A stretch of DNA of 64,000 nt from Podarcis liolepis (taxonomy: Eukaryota): assembly GCA_965112155.1 (NCBI GenBank), contig OZ218112.1; one strand, 5' to 3'. Numbering within the stretch: the stretch's first letter is position 1; each line of letters begins with the position of its first letter. The notes below the pieces were generated by a model. That model saw only the letters and a list, made by a program, of their open reading frames with translations. It did not search any database and had not been told where the DNA came from. The position numbers and the translations under genes were made by a program. Below are positions 13,908-25,404 of the stretch, one piece after another.

Positions 13908-14349
13908 CTGTTCTCTGCAGCCTATGCCACTGCATTCTTTGGGGCCATCAGGGTGAGAGAATGTGTCAGTTAGGGTGAGCCTGGTGTCTTCTCCAGAGGG
14001 CTATTACAAAAGGGCATAAACCTTAGCCCCTCTGCATTGGTAACCCACATCCGTCACCCTAAAACAGACCAGTCAGGTAAAGGCATGCTAATCAGGTTCC
14101 TAGCTTCAAAATACAAGGGCCCTTGTCCAGTAAAAGACACCAGAAGATATCTATACCTCAGGTCTCCTGGCTCGACCCCCCTAAGATCATTCCCACAAAG
14201 AAATATGGACCTATGGCCTCCCGGCTGTGGACTTCACAGCTCATTCCTTTAGAACTGGGGCCGCCATGGTGGCCACACATTGGGGTCTTCCTACAGACAG
14301 GATTAAAGATATGGGCTGTTGAAGTTATAATGCATATAGAAGATACATC
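13908..14349 (+). pseudogene. Tyrosine recombinase catalytic domain remnant (DIRS/Ngaro)
   Basis: Frame 3: LFSAAYATAFFGAIRVRE (catalytic Arg 13950-52), then PKTDQSGKG...GPCPV. Frame 1 from 14230: DFTAHSFRTGAA (HxxR), then IKDMGC*SYNAYRRYI (GRWxS...Y; Tyr 14344-46). Contains stops and a frameshift. Confidence 0.9.
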
Positions 14350-14364
14350 CACAAGAACCCACAA

Positions 14365-14888
14365 TATCTGGATTGTCAGACACATTGGGCCCGCATGCAT
14401 GCCATTGCTACCGGCAAAGGATGCAGCCTGGGGTCCCTTGGCTGACAAGACATGTTCATGAAATAGCACAAATTCATGTCCATCATGACAATGCGAAATG
14501 CATTGAATGGCCTTTATGATTAATTGGTCATTCAGCTTGGTGAAAACGACTTAGTTCTAAGGAAGGGCATTGACCTAACCTGGAACATTAAAGAGGACTT
14601 TGATAAGCTTGCTGCCCTGTACCCGGCTGAACCATAATTTGGTCCCAGCTGCTGGAGAAGCCTTGCTGGCATGATTGTCCTGACCTGGTTGCCAATAATA
14701 GAGCTAGAAAGAAAGCAAACCACACAGTTGTGCAAAAGGTACTTTAAAAGCTGTGTGATACATCACCCTGCCATCACCTTCAACCAGGAGGCCTTTACTG
14801 TAATGACAGGGTACACCTTTCTGATGTGGGCAATGATATCTGGTTGAATGACATTACAGAGAGCATCAGGGATTGGTTGCAAGTGTGA
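14365..14888 (+). pseudogene. SGNH/GDSL hydrolase remnant of the Ngaro element
   Basis: IWIVRH..HWA (block I with the Ser segment deleted), LVIQLGENDL at 14524-14553 (block III GxND), TIIWSQLL, and NDRVHLSDVGNDIWL (block V DxxH, His 14814-16). Stop at 14886-88; several frameshifts. Confidence 0.85.
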
Positions 14889-17004
14889 GGGTGTTGGCGG
14901 TGAGCCGTTTGGGCTCAAGTGGCAGTTAGGCATTGGGTAAGCCTTCGTTTGGATGGAGAGGAGGTTGTAGCCTCCACCTGCCGGTCCCGACCATGTCCCC
15001 ACCAGCCAGCGGATTGGCTGACATGGCCAGGACCCCCCGAGCAATGCGGGACTTTGTTTCCCGCCCCCGGAGGAGAGTGGGTGGCCACACGGTCCACTGC
15101 AACTCCTCCCCACAGTGAAGTGGAGCAGACTTGTAGCCTCCGCCTGCCCCTCCTCATTAAGAGTATCATGTAAAAGGGATCTGGGGGTGTGGATCCTGTC
15201 TGATGCCCGGACGTGGTCTAGGACCATGCCACAACCCCAGTAGGGACACCTCAGGGTGCCCCTATTTGATGTAAGTCATAGGGCTCCCCCTATTTGTGGT
15301 TTATCCTTAGATGGATCCCCAGAAGACAAGCGGGAGTCGAGATATAGCCTCGCTTCACCCAATGCCTAAGCCAAACTGCTCACATCTGTAACCAATAAAG
15401 TTGTGGCCTATTTGAACCCATAAACCAAAATACTCGTGCCCATGTGTTTAGTAATCACTAGGGAACTGTGGGTCACAGGGCCTGGGCGCCCATTAGATTT
15501 CTTGTTTGTAGGAGTGCTTAAGCTTGAGGTGACATGCAATGTAAAGCAATGCGGGCTTCCAGTAAGGGATGAATGAGAAATTGTTTTCTGTGAATTTTGT
15601 TGGGAATTGACTTGGTCTGCCTCTCCCAAATTAATGTGCAGATCAGAATAGATTTATACTTCAGATTTTCCCCTTCAAACTTCCCCTTAATTTGTGATAC
15701 AGATCTCCACCTAACAACAACAAAAAGTGCTATTTTTCTAGAAGAAAAGGGGCCGGAACTCACCACAAACACTTCCCTTGTTCTCTTATAATGGCAATGG
15801 CGCCCATCTGAGAGGTGCCAGAACTGAGTTCTGGAGAGTTCCAGCTGAAAAAAAGCCCTGACAATACTACTACGACTAATAATAATAGTTGCCGCAATGC
15901 GTGACAAAACATATGTCCAGAAATGAGTACAGTGAGATAAAAGATGAATTTAAATGCATATTTAAAGGCAAATTTAATACAGTTTTTTTCTAAAACAGGA
16001 ACCAGGACAATATGTATTTATGAATGAATAAATATGAAAATTACACAGTCGGAAATAGATTGATTTCTCTATCCCTAGCTTCATCATAATACTTTTTCTC
16101 ATCATCATAAATGAAGCAAATGAGGCGGGTTTGATCCTATAGTCATTTGCCGGAGTGTAAACCTTTACTTCTAAACTGAGAACATATAAACATCCAGGAG
16201 AAACCTGGGTGGGCAGGAGAAGAGTTAACTAAGAGAACATCAGTTTAAACCAACATAATTCGTCTCACCTGGGTTGTGAATTTGGTTGTACGTCTGTGAT
16301 TTTTGGATGGGCCATAATTCATTTTCTCCCATTAAAAATCTAATGGAAAACACAGGGCATTCTTTAGCAACCAATTTCCAAGGAGCAGCTAATGAAGGCA
16401 GCACAATGATCCTATGTAGGAGCTGAAAGCAATACCAGCAGACTGAATGTCATCACAGCATGAGCCTAATTATTCAATTTTTAAACTAATTTTGAGGGCT
16501 TTCCAGTGACTATGGAGTTTAATAGTTTTAACGTGCTTTAGTTTAATGTATTACTCAGATAGGAAAGACTGATTGTTTTTTGGGCACTGGAGGGGGAAAG
16601 AAGCCCTAGCATGACAAATGGACCTTAATGCTTTACAGAATGTTTTTTGCCTACTATCTCATTATCTCATTCATAAAAAAACCCCCAACCCACCACGGTT
16701 AGATCTTGTGACTCCTGCCGAAAGCTTTGCTCCCTGTTTCTACACAGCTACCAAATTCTACTCAAATCATTGCGTCCAAGTCCTGCTCTAAGTACTGTAG
16801 ACCAGTTTAAACCAAATGGACATGCTCCTCCACACCTGCCCATTTACTGCAGTTATCTGCAGGTGGCCTTCCTTGCGGTGTCTCACGTTCCTTGGCAGCT
16901 CAGGCTAGATCCTTCAGTGCAGCAGCAACTGCCTTGAGGAAGGTACTGCCCATTGTAGTTAGTCAAGCTCCAACACCGTCTACAATTTGTTGGATGCTAA
17001 ACAC

Positions 17005-17352
17005 GGGTGGCACTGTGGTGTAAACCACTGAGCCTAGGGCTTGCCGATCGGAAGGTTGGCGGTTCGAATCCTCATGACAGGTTGAGCTCCCGTTGCTCGG
17101 TCCCAGCTCCTGCCAACCTAGCAGTTCGAAGGCATGCCAGTGCACATAGATAAATAGGTACCGCTGCAGCGGGAAGGTAAACGGCATTTCTGGTTTCGCC
17201 AGAAGTGGCTTAGTCATGCTGGCCACATGACCTGGAAAAACTGTCTGCGGACAAACGCCGGCTCCCTTGGCCAGTAAAGTGAGATGAGTGACGCAACCCC
17301 AGTGTCGTTCGCGACTAGACTTAACTGTCAGGGGTCCTTTACCTTTACCTTT
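17005..17352 (+). mobile_element. Sauria SINE, near full length
   Basis: tRNA-like head 'gggtggcactgtggtgtaaaccactgagcc...ggttcgaatcc', body 'tagataaataggtaccgct', and (ACCTTT)n tail. Possible 'aaacac' TSD (16999-17004, 17355-17360). Confidence 0.92.
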
Positions 17353-17560
17353 TCAAACACTCCCCTCCCTATTTACAAGTTTTCCCAGAAGCTGGGGGCA
17401 GCAGGCATTTTAAAATAATTAAATAAATCCAAACAGTTTTATCTGTTTCCACTTGTTTTCTTTTATTGCTTTATTGTTGCACAACACTATGGTATTTTGT
17501 AGAGGTCTGTGCATATACCAACTGAAGAAACCATCTGCATTAAAAAATAAATAAATTGGG

Positions 17561-18273
17561 TACTGGAAGACACAAGATTTGCCCACCCTGGAAGAATGGC
17601 AGACGCAAGTGATAGACTACATGGAATTGGCAGAAATGACTGGCAGAATCCGAGACCTGGGAGAAGAGTTTGTGGAAGAGGACTGGAAGAAGTTTAAAGA
17701 CTATTTGCAAAAACATTGTAAAATGTTTGAATGTTAAATTGATGCAGGATATAAAGACAATATGGCATTAGTGACATAGTTAAAAGGAATATGTAAGAAA
17801 TGTTTCAAAAGAATAAGGGTGAAAAAAACAAACCAGAACAATATTATGTCAAATTTAAACAAAATGATACAAAAGGATTAAGTTATAAAGAATCAGGTAA
17901 AAATGGATTTAAAAGGAAAGGAAAATTGGAGACATAATAGGCTGAAATGTATAATATAGAACAAGATTTGAAAGAGGGTAAGGAACTGCTGAACATGATT
18001 GTGTAAAGGGGAATACAGAAAAGGGAGATGTGAGGAAGTCAGGAAGGAAGGTTATAAAAACAATAAGTAAAAAACTGGATTTTTCTGTTTTTTTTTATTC
18101 TCTTTTTCTATCTTTTTATGCTTTTTAGTGTATTCTCTTGTTTTTGTTTGATTGTGATAATGCTTACTGTTTCTTTTCTTTTCTGTTTCTTTTGTGAAGA
18201 TTGTTTTATTATACAAAATCTCAATAAATATCTTTAAAAAAAATAAAGGTAAAGAACCCTGAGATGGGAGAGC
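17561..18273 (+). mobile_element. L1-clade LINE 3' fragment (ORF2 C-terminus, 3' UTR, polyA)
   Basis: YWKTQDLPTLEEWQTQVIDYMELAEMTGRIRDLGEEFVEEDWKKFKDYLQKHCK, near-identical to the 50.6 kb copy. AT-rich UTR, AATAAA and A-tail at ~18223-18247. Confidence 0.8.
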
Positions 18274-19417
18274 AAAAAAATAAATAATTAAAATTGGGAT
18301 GGTCATACAGACTTGTGATTGATAAAAAATAGGCTAATCCATCCAGCCCTAACTGTGACATGGAAACCAACCCATGTCTTAGAAGCCTATTTGTTGCTGG
18401 AACCATTATTTTATATTATGAGATTTTGTATAGAGGGGTCTGCTCTTCTGTTCCATCAGTGGAAGGAAGGAGCTTTTTCATGACTTGACTCTTTTTAGAA
18501 GATGGTAGTGGTTTAGTTCAATTGAAAGCTGGCTATAGGGTAATAACCTTACACTCAACACAGCAACCAAAGGGAGCAGCCAAAAAAAGAAGACGCAAGA
18601 ATGAATCAGGCAAACTTTCCAAAACAGTCAGATGAAATTCTGTGTACCCACAGATTTTTTAAAAGTACAAATGATAAAAGATTGACTGGTGGTGGATAGT
18701 ATAAGTAAAGACTCTCGCATAAGCCTTTGACTTTGTACATTTCTTGACCCACTTCAGCAAATATCTTAGTATCCTAGTTCCAAAGGCTTCTGATAGTTGG
18801 AGGGTAGTTAGGTGTTGCATCAACTAACTTTGAAAACTTCTGTGCCGACTTAAAATGCCAGCTGAAAGCTTTTTTATTCCACTGGGCCTATGCAGGCAAT
18901 AAAGCATACACCCTTCCATAATAGTCAACTGATGTCTATTTTTTGTTTTATTGTATTGTATTCTGTTTTTATGACACAGCAATATACAATTTTTTTAAAA
19001 GTAAGTAAGTAAATAAATACTCTTACACTGTACCCCCACTTTATTTTAAAGCATGCAAGAGTAAGATAAATATATTCCTAGGATCTGGGCACAAGTCACA
19101 AATTTTGATGTGCCTCCTGACTGGAGTGTGGCGAGCCTAAATAATTGACTTGTGGAAAGGAGAACAGGGACCTCAGGTATGGGCTTGCAAATCTACATCT
19201 TTGCAAGGAAAGAGCAATAGAACAGTAATAATTTGTCCAATACAAAGAGGAATCAGCATTACCCATCCAACTGGAATCTAACTGAACAGAGGGGAAGGAT
19301 AGAGCAGTGAATCTTCCGTAAAAATGGACTCTGATGTGGAGGGGTAGGTTGCACCCAGAGAAGGCTTTAATTATGTGATTTCATTTCTTGTGGCAGAATT
19401 ACATGCCTCATGCACTC

Positions 19418-19839
19418 GAGAAGGGGGAGAAATTTGATTCAGTTTGCATTTAAAGGTAAGCCTAACTAATTCACGCATCCCAAAACAACATGAATACTGA
19501 AACACGGCCATCCTTTGAAATTCATACATTTCTGAATTTTGCAATGTAGTTCTCCAGCCGAGTAATATGTTGAACAATTCACATACAGAGATAAAATGTA
19601 CATAAAAGTGCACGCATCAGTGAACATAATATAAAAATGCATTATTTCTGGTAACTAGCTTTGTAAAAAATGTATCATGCAAAAGTTCATAGAAATGTAT
19701 GTATTAGGAGAAAACTGACACCAAGATACTGATGATTTCTCATGAGGACTTTTTAAAAAGTGGATGCTTAGATGGAAATGTGGAGAAGAAAGAAAAACTG
19801 AGAGAAACCAACACTGACCAATCCACTCATCACTCCTTA
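19418..19839 (+). mobile_element. Unclassified AT-rich ~400-bp dispersed repeat, probably DNA-transposon derived (others near 1672-1920, 3975-4240, 15900-16077, 20045-20427, 35850-36070, 52330-52720, 55020-55262, 62065-62490)
   Basis: Recurring blocks similar to 'ctgaattttgcaat', 'gtatattaggagaaa' and 'gagaaacagagagaaacc...catccct' in both orientations. Confidence 0.6.
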
Positions 19840-20044
19840 GCTCATAGATGGGAACTAACACGAATGAGCTGCAACACAGGGGTGAAGCACATGCACTATA
19901 TTCAAAAGATCCAAAATTAATCTATGACATCTCTGGTTGAAACTGACCCTAGGAAGGAAGAAGTTGTTGCTCTCTAAGATGCTCTTGATCTCATCACTTT
20001 GCAAACATCAGCACATTGGTCAGGACTGGTAGCAGCTTACCATG

Positions 20045-20427
20045 TAGGCATGGAAGAATCCATCCATTTTGGTCTATCTCAGCTTCTTAGTTTCAAAATC
20101 TTAAGATCAGTTTGCCCCATTTCCTCCTCAGAAACTTGTATGCATTTTCATGTGCCTTTCCCCTAATACACACATTATTTGTGCACATTTTTGCCTAATA
20201 TAAAGCATTTTTGCAAGCAACTTCTTATCGCATTTTATGTTAACTTACTGCATGCTTCCACTTCATTAACACAATTTTTGTATGCATTTTTAGGCTGGAG
20301 AACTGGACCACAACAATTCAGAGAAGAGTGAATTTCAAAGGATAGCTTTGTTTTACTTTGCCATGGTGTTTGAAAGTGTGAAAAAAGCAGATTTGTATTA
20401 AAATGTACAAAATTCTCCCTCACCCTT
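20045..20427 (-). mobile_element. Same AT-rich repeat family, inverted relative to 19418-19839
   Basis: Reverse-complement blocks ('ttttggtctatctcagcttc', 'aaattcagagaag', 'aaattctccctcaccct'). Confidence 0.55.
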
Positions 20428-21379
20428 ACTACAACGTATCAGAATAATTTCTGGGCCAGCAAAAATCCTGACATCATCTATAACATTCCTACAAAAAAGC
20501 ATCACTAGAGGGGCAATATATTTCACTGCTGTGACATGCTTAAGGCCCACTAATGAACTAATCTCTCCTATTTTAAAAACTCCCAGTTTTGAATTTTGTT
20601 TAATTAAATGAAAACCACTAAGGCATATGTTCCCCATCATCTTTTCTCTGCTGACTTAGAAAGGCTTCTGGGATTAGGAAGCCCTATGGGGAATTGTTGT
20701 GAGATTAAAATTTAGAAAAGGATTTTCCATTATGTAGATACTTATAATTAATATTTTGTCATGTTCAGGGCTCAGTGGTGCTGCCATTAGCTACTGCTCA
20801 TAAAGACAAGCAAGAAAATGAGGTTTAAACTTGATAACTTCATTCCTCCAAATATAGCCCAGTATTAGGAACTTTGTGCAGTTTTCAGCAAAGGCTGCCA
20901 CCAAATTAGCAGAGAGATGGACAGCAGCCAATTCAATTAAAAGGCCATGATCAGGAAAGAAGAAAACCCACCAAAAACATAATTTGCCTCCATGCCGCTT
21001 GAGCTTAGACAGATAACTTTTGGGAGAACATTGGAGGAACTGATTAGATTCCCTTCAAACCTGTTTAGTTTTTCATTTAATTTTTTTAGGGGTAGTTGCA
21101 CCTGTCTGCTCCCTTGTGTACATTGAACTCTCAGTAAGGTGGACATGTTGTTAAGTCACACTGAGACAAAACATTTTTATAAAGTGATTAACAGATGCAA
21201 TGTTTGTTAACATTTATTTATTTAAGACATTTCCAAGTGGTTATGTAAAATCAAACCATACATAGAGTTATCATAAAACCGAACACTGCCTTAAAATGCC
21301 TTTTGGAATAAGAAAGTCTTTGTCATACACCTGAAGTTCAGCAAGCAGGGTACCTGCATAATCTTAATCAGGAGAGAGT

Positions 21380-21829
21380 ATTGTTAAAGCTATGGTTTTC
21401 CCAGTAGTGATGTATGGAAGTGAGAGCTGGACCATAAAGAAGACTGATTGCTGAAGAATTGATGCTTTTGAATTATGGTGCTGGAGGAGATTCTTGAGAG
21501 TCCTATGGACTGCAAGAAAATCAAAGCTATCCATTCTTAGGGAAATTGTGCTCATCAGAAGGACAGATCCTGAAGCTGAGGCTCCAATACTTTGCCCACC
21601 TCATGAGAAGAGAAGACTCCCTGGAAAAGACCCTGATGTTGGGAAAGATTGAGGGCACAAGGAGAAGGGGACGACAGAGGGCGAGATGGTTGGACAGTGT
21701 TCTCAAAGCTACCAACATGAGTTTGACCAAACTGCAGGAGGCAGTGGAAGACAGGAGTGTCTGGCGTGCTCTGGTCCATGGGGTCATGAAGAGTCGGACA
21801 CGATTAAACAACAACAACAACAAAAACAA
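21380..21829 (+). mobile_element. Bov-B (RTE clade) LINE 3' fragment
   Basis: VKAMVFPVVMYGSESWTIKK...LKLRLQYFAHLMRREDSLEKTLMLGKIEGTRRRGRQRARWLD, ending 'gagtcggacacgattaaac(aac)n'. Has a stop and a small internal deletion near 21545. Confidence 0.92.
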
Positions 21830-22146
21830 CCACAGGATTAGTTTTTCAGCACTGAGTACATTGCATTGCAGCCATGGGGAACCACCAACAGACTCCTCCA
21901 AAGATCTCAGGGATCATACTGTCTGTAAGATATCGTGGACCTAACTTGTTAAGGACCTTGAAAATTAATACAAGAACCTTGAATCTGATCTGGTAACGTA
22001 ATGGTCATGCCAGCTGGGGTTGAATGGAAAGAGTGTGCAAATGAACTGCAATGAAAACATTTCTATTAAAAGTTGAACTTTCCTCAGCAGAGAATTCTGC
22101 AAGTGGAGCATCACAACCAGAAAGTCACCCACTTTACTTCAGAAAG

Positions 22147-22481
22147 GCCACATGCCTTAAAGCACTATTATGATGTGACTTTAAACAGCCATGGCTCCCC
22201 CCCCCAAAAAAAAATAATAATCCTGGGAGCTGTAGTTTGTTAACGTGCTGAGAGTTGTTGGAGACTCCTATTCCCCTTACAAAGCTACAATTCCCAGAGT
22301 TTCCAGTGAAAAGAGATTGACTGTTAAACCATCTGTGAATTGTAACTCTCTGAGAGGAACAGGGGTCTCCTCACAACTCTCAGCACACTTAACAAACTAC
22401 AGCTTCCAGAATTCTTTTTGGGGAAGCATGGCTGTTTGAAGTCATATCACAGTGCTTTAAATATATGGTGTGAATATGACC
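22147..22481. mobile_element. Long palindromic MITE (related copies ~4815-5025, 30195-30330, 34970-35140, 37237-37450)
   Basis: Arms are reverse complements along most of the length ('ttaaagcact...gctgtagtttgttaa...gtgctgagagttg' vs 'caactctcagcac...ttaacaaactacagc...agtgctttaa'). The 37237 copy has ggtcacatccacaccat / atggcgtggatgtggcc termini. Confidence 0.75.
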
Positions 22482-25230
22482 ATAGTGGGATATCTCTGGG
22501 GAGTGTGATCCTGTAATTTGTAAACCATCATTTAGATACAGTTGCTTTACTGCATCTGCACCAGTTCTTAGCGTGCACTGATCCCAACTTACTGTGCTAC
22601 TCTCTGTTATGTAGAGAGTCACCCCAAGGAGATTTCTATAGCAATAGCAAAAGTCAGTAAAGACCTGCTCTATTTTTCCTTAAAAACAGGAACAGCAAAA
22701 TTCAGCAAGAGCTTGCTACCTTTTTGTTTTTTATTGCTGAAAGAAATGGGCCATGACATTCCTGTCGCACAGCTGATGGTTATCAAAGCTCTCCATGATT
22801 AAGAGCCAATGACTAGCAAACTTTCAAAGTGTCACTTGAAATTATCAAACTGGAATGGATTTTTCACAACCACATCAAGGTAGCAGCAGTTGATAAGAAA
22901 AGTGCAATCCAATTTTCCTAGATGAATTAACTTCAAGCCGTCAAAAGCTGCTAATTTGAGTACACATTTCCCCCTCTTCCAAAGGAAACAGTTTAACCCC
23001 CTTCAAAATGTGCGCAAGGTAGCAGGTGTATTGTACATTGAATAGATAGTATTATTATTAATATGCAGCTGAGTAATTTACATCCCATCAGTCCTATGAA
23101 GATTCAGAAAACTAGAGCTGAACTACAGGTTATGAAGACCATAATGGTATCCCCACACCAGTCTCACCATTCTTCTAAAGAACTCAAAATGTTATATACA
23201 GTTCTTCTCCATCACAACAATATCTGGGGATCTGGGGATTATTGTTACTAATGAATTTGTGTACTGCTTAATGGACAACAGACCTCTAGGTGGTTGCACA
23301 AACATTAAAATGTAAGCTAGGTGAGTGCACAGTGCCCCTACTCAGTGAGGCTGACTTACACTGGGCCAACCTTAAAACCACCTGCCTTGTTCTGGATCTG
23401 GTTCCCAATTAGTTTGGAGGTCAGAACATTAGAAAAATCTGGTAATAATTTAGCCCTTGGGTCAGCATCTAGGTCAGGTTCAGTATCTAAGGGATGGTCT
23501 TCTTATATTAAGTTCTGTCTCAAGTTCTGGGACTCCAATTTGGATGTCTGAATAGGAGCCTTCCCACAGTACAAACCTATTCCTAAGTTATGTGTGGATA
23601 ATGCCATTTGTTCAAACAACAACAGTGAGTTAATATGAGATTAACGGCACAATGAGCAGATTGATTTTTTTGTTCAGTACATCCCACCTTCTCCCAAGAT
23701 TCAGCTATGCTGAAGGAAGTCTGCATCTTCAGGCCTCACTGTCTGTTTGGAAATGCAACCAATGAGTAGGGTTCTTATGGACACACAGAATTTCACAGTA
23801 GTGCAGTAAGGAACCCCAACCAGCAAGTGAGAGCAGAGAGGCTGCAGATGCAACTGGGATGTATTGTAAGAGGGAACTCCATTGCAAAATTAGGAGAGGT
23901 GCAAATTTTGAAGGATGGGTGTCCATCAGTTGGTGGGCTTTTAAAATGTGAATTATGTAGGTTGCCATTAAATGTGAACTGAATCAAAATTTCACCATCT
24001 CTACCAACAGTAGAAACGGTGGAGCCACTGGTGGCTGCTATTTTATCTCCCCCACCATGCCCTTGGAGTGATGCTATATCATGATATAATGTTAATCCAA
24101 TGGGGTTTTTTTGGAAAGAAAATGGCAGCTCTCACTGGGGACAGCCTTTTAAAAACAACAACAACAACAACACAAAAAGATGCCCCCTTGTGGCAGAACA
24201 TTCTGAGACGATAAAATTGAGTTTTTCATAAGGAGCTTCTCTGAAGCAAAAATATGCAACAAAATAAAAAAGGAACCACCATTTTACAACCCAGCTCTCC
24301 CAATCACACTTTGTATTCATGAGTGACTGCACTTCCATCTTCCAGTCTATTGGATGAATCTCTATTCCTTCAGGGCTGCCTTGGTCTAGCCAGCTACATT
24401 ATTCAATACAGTTTGCTATAGAAGTCTGTGTTTTCTGAAAAATAAGGGATGACAACAGTGATAAGAGAAATTGTGTCTCACAAGCAGGACTTGCTGTCAA
24501 GCCCATCACACCTGCCAAATCCAAGGGATTAGGGATGGGCCCCATAGTTCAGTGGAAGAGCACCTTCTTGGCATTCCCTGAGAGCCCCTAGAAGGTTTAG
24601 CGCTTGTGTAGCTCCAGCTAAAAGGAACAGGTGATGGGTGAAAGGCAGAAAGAGGACCTCTCACAAAGCTTTAGCTAGCTCTTGTCATGGGAGACAATAT
24701 TGGGCTGGATGGGTAAATGGTTGACTCAGCATAAGTACCTCAAGGACCGCCTCTTCCTATAGGAACTAACCCAGGCCCTGTAATTGCTTTCTATGGGTTT
24801 TTATTAGTTGTGTATGTTGTAATTGGTTGTTATTGTACGCTTTTTTCTAGTTAAGCAATCTTTAAAAAAATTAAAAATTTATAAAGCATATTTTCAAAGA
24901 GAGGCAGCATAAGGCAGCATACAACACAGAAATCTAATTATATAATTGTAAGATCAGTTTTTTTAAAAAAGGCATTGATAAGCTGCTTGGTAAATAAATA
25001 AATAATCACACTCACCAGTCTGAACAGTGCAGTTTTCAAAGCAGAAAGAAAGTGAGGATGACCCCTGCCAAAGTACTAGTGGCAAGGAATTCTACAGGGC
25101 TGGGCCTGCCATGCTAAAGGTTTAATCCCAGTGCTTTTTTGTTTGTTTGTTTTACATGAGGTGCCTGTAATCATAACTCGATAAAAGTGCTGCAGCTGCC
25201 AGCACAAAATAGCACTGCCTTGGGTGTCAG

Positions 25231-25404
25231 CAGGGCTGGCCCAAGACATTTTGGCACCTGAGGCAATCCATCAGGTACTGAATGAGTGGAGATCTACATC
25301 AGGAGCAAAGGGAGAATAAAGAGGTACACTGGGATCTGCTGCCCCTATGGATCCTGCAGCCTGAGGTGGTCTCCTCACCTGGCCTTTTGAATGGGCAGGC
25401 CCTG
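25231..25404. mobile_element. hAT (Tip100-like) MITE nested in an older hAT-like MITE (~25129-25460)
   Basis: CAGGGC...GCCCTG termini; perfect 8-bp TSD GGTGTCAG at 25223-25230 and 25405-25412. Confidence 0.88.

Larger units (their letters stand above)
12700..15480 (+). mobile_element. Internally deleted Ngaro-type DIRS (tyrosine-recombinase) retrotransposon
   Basis: GC-rich 5' region with CCAAT and ATTTAA; YR motifs 13908-14349; SGNH hydrolase motifs 14365-14888; 13-bp inverted repeat 14926-14938/15357-15369; AATAAA 15394. No RT/RNase H motifs seen. YR followed by SGNH hydrolase is the known Ngaro arrangement. Boundaries approximate. Confidence 0.85.
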
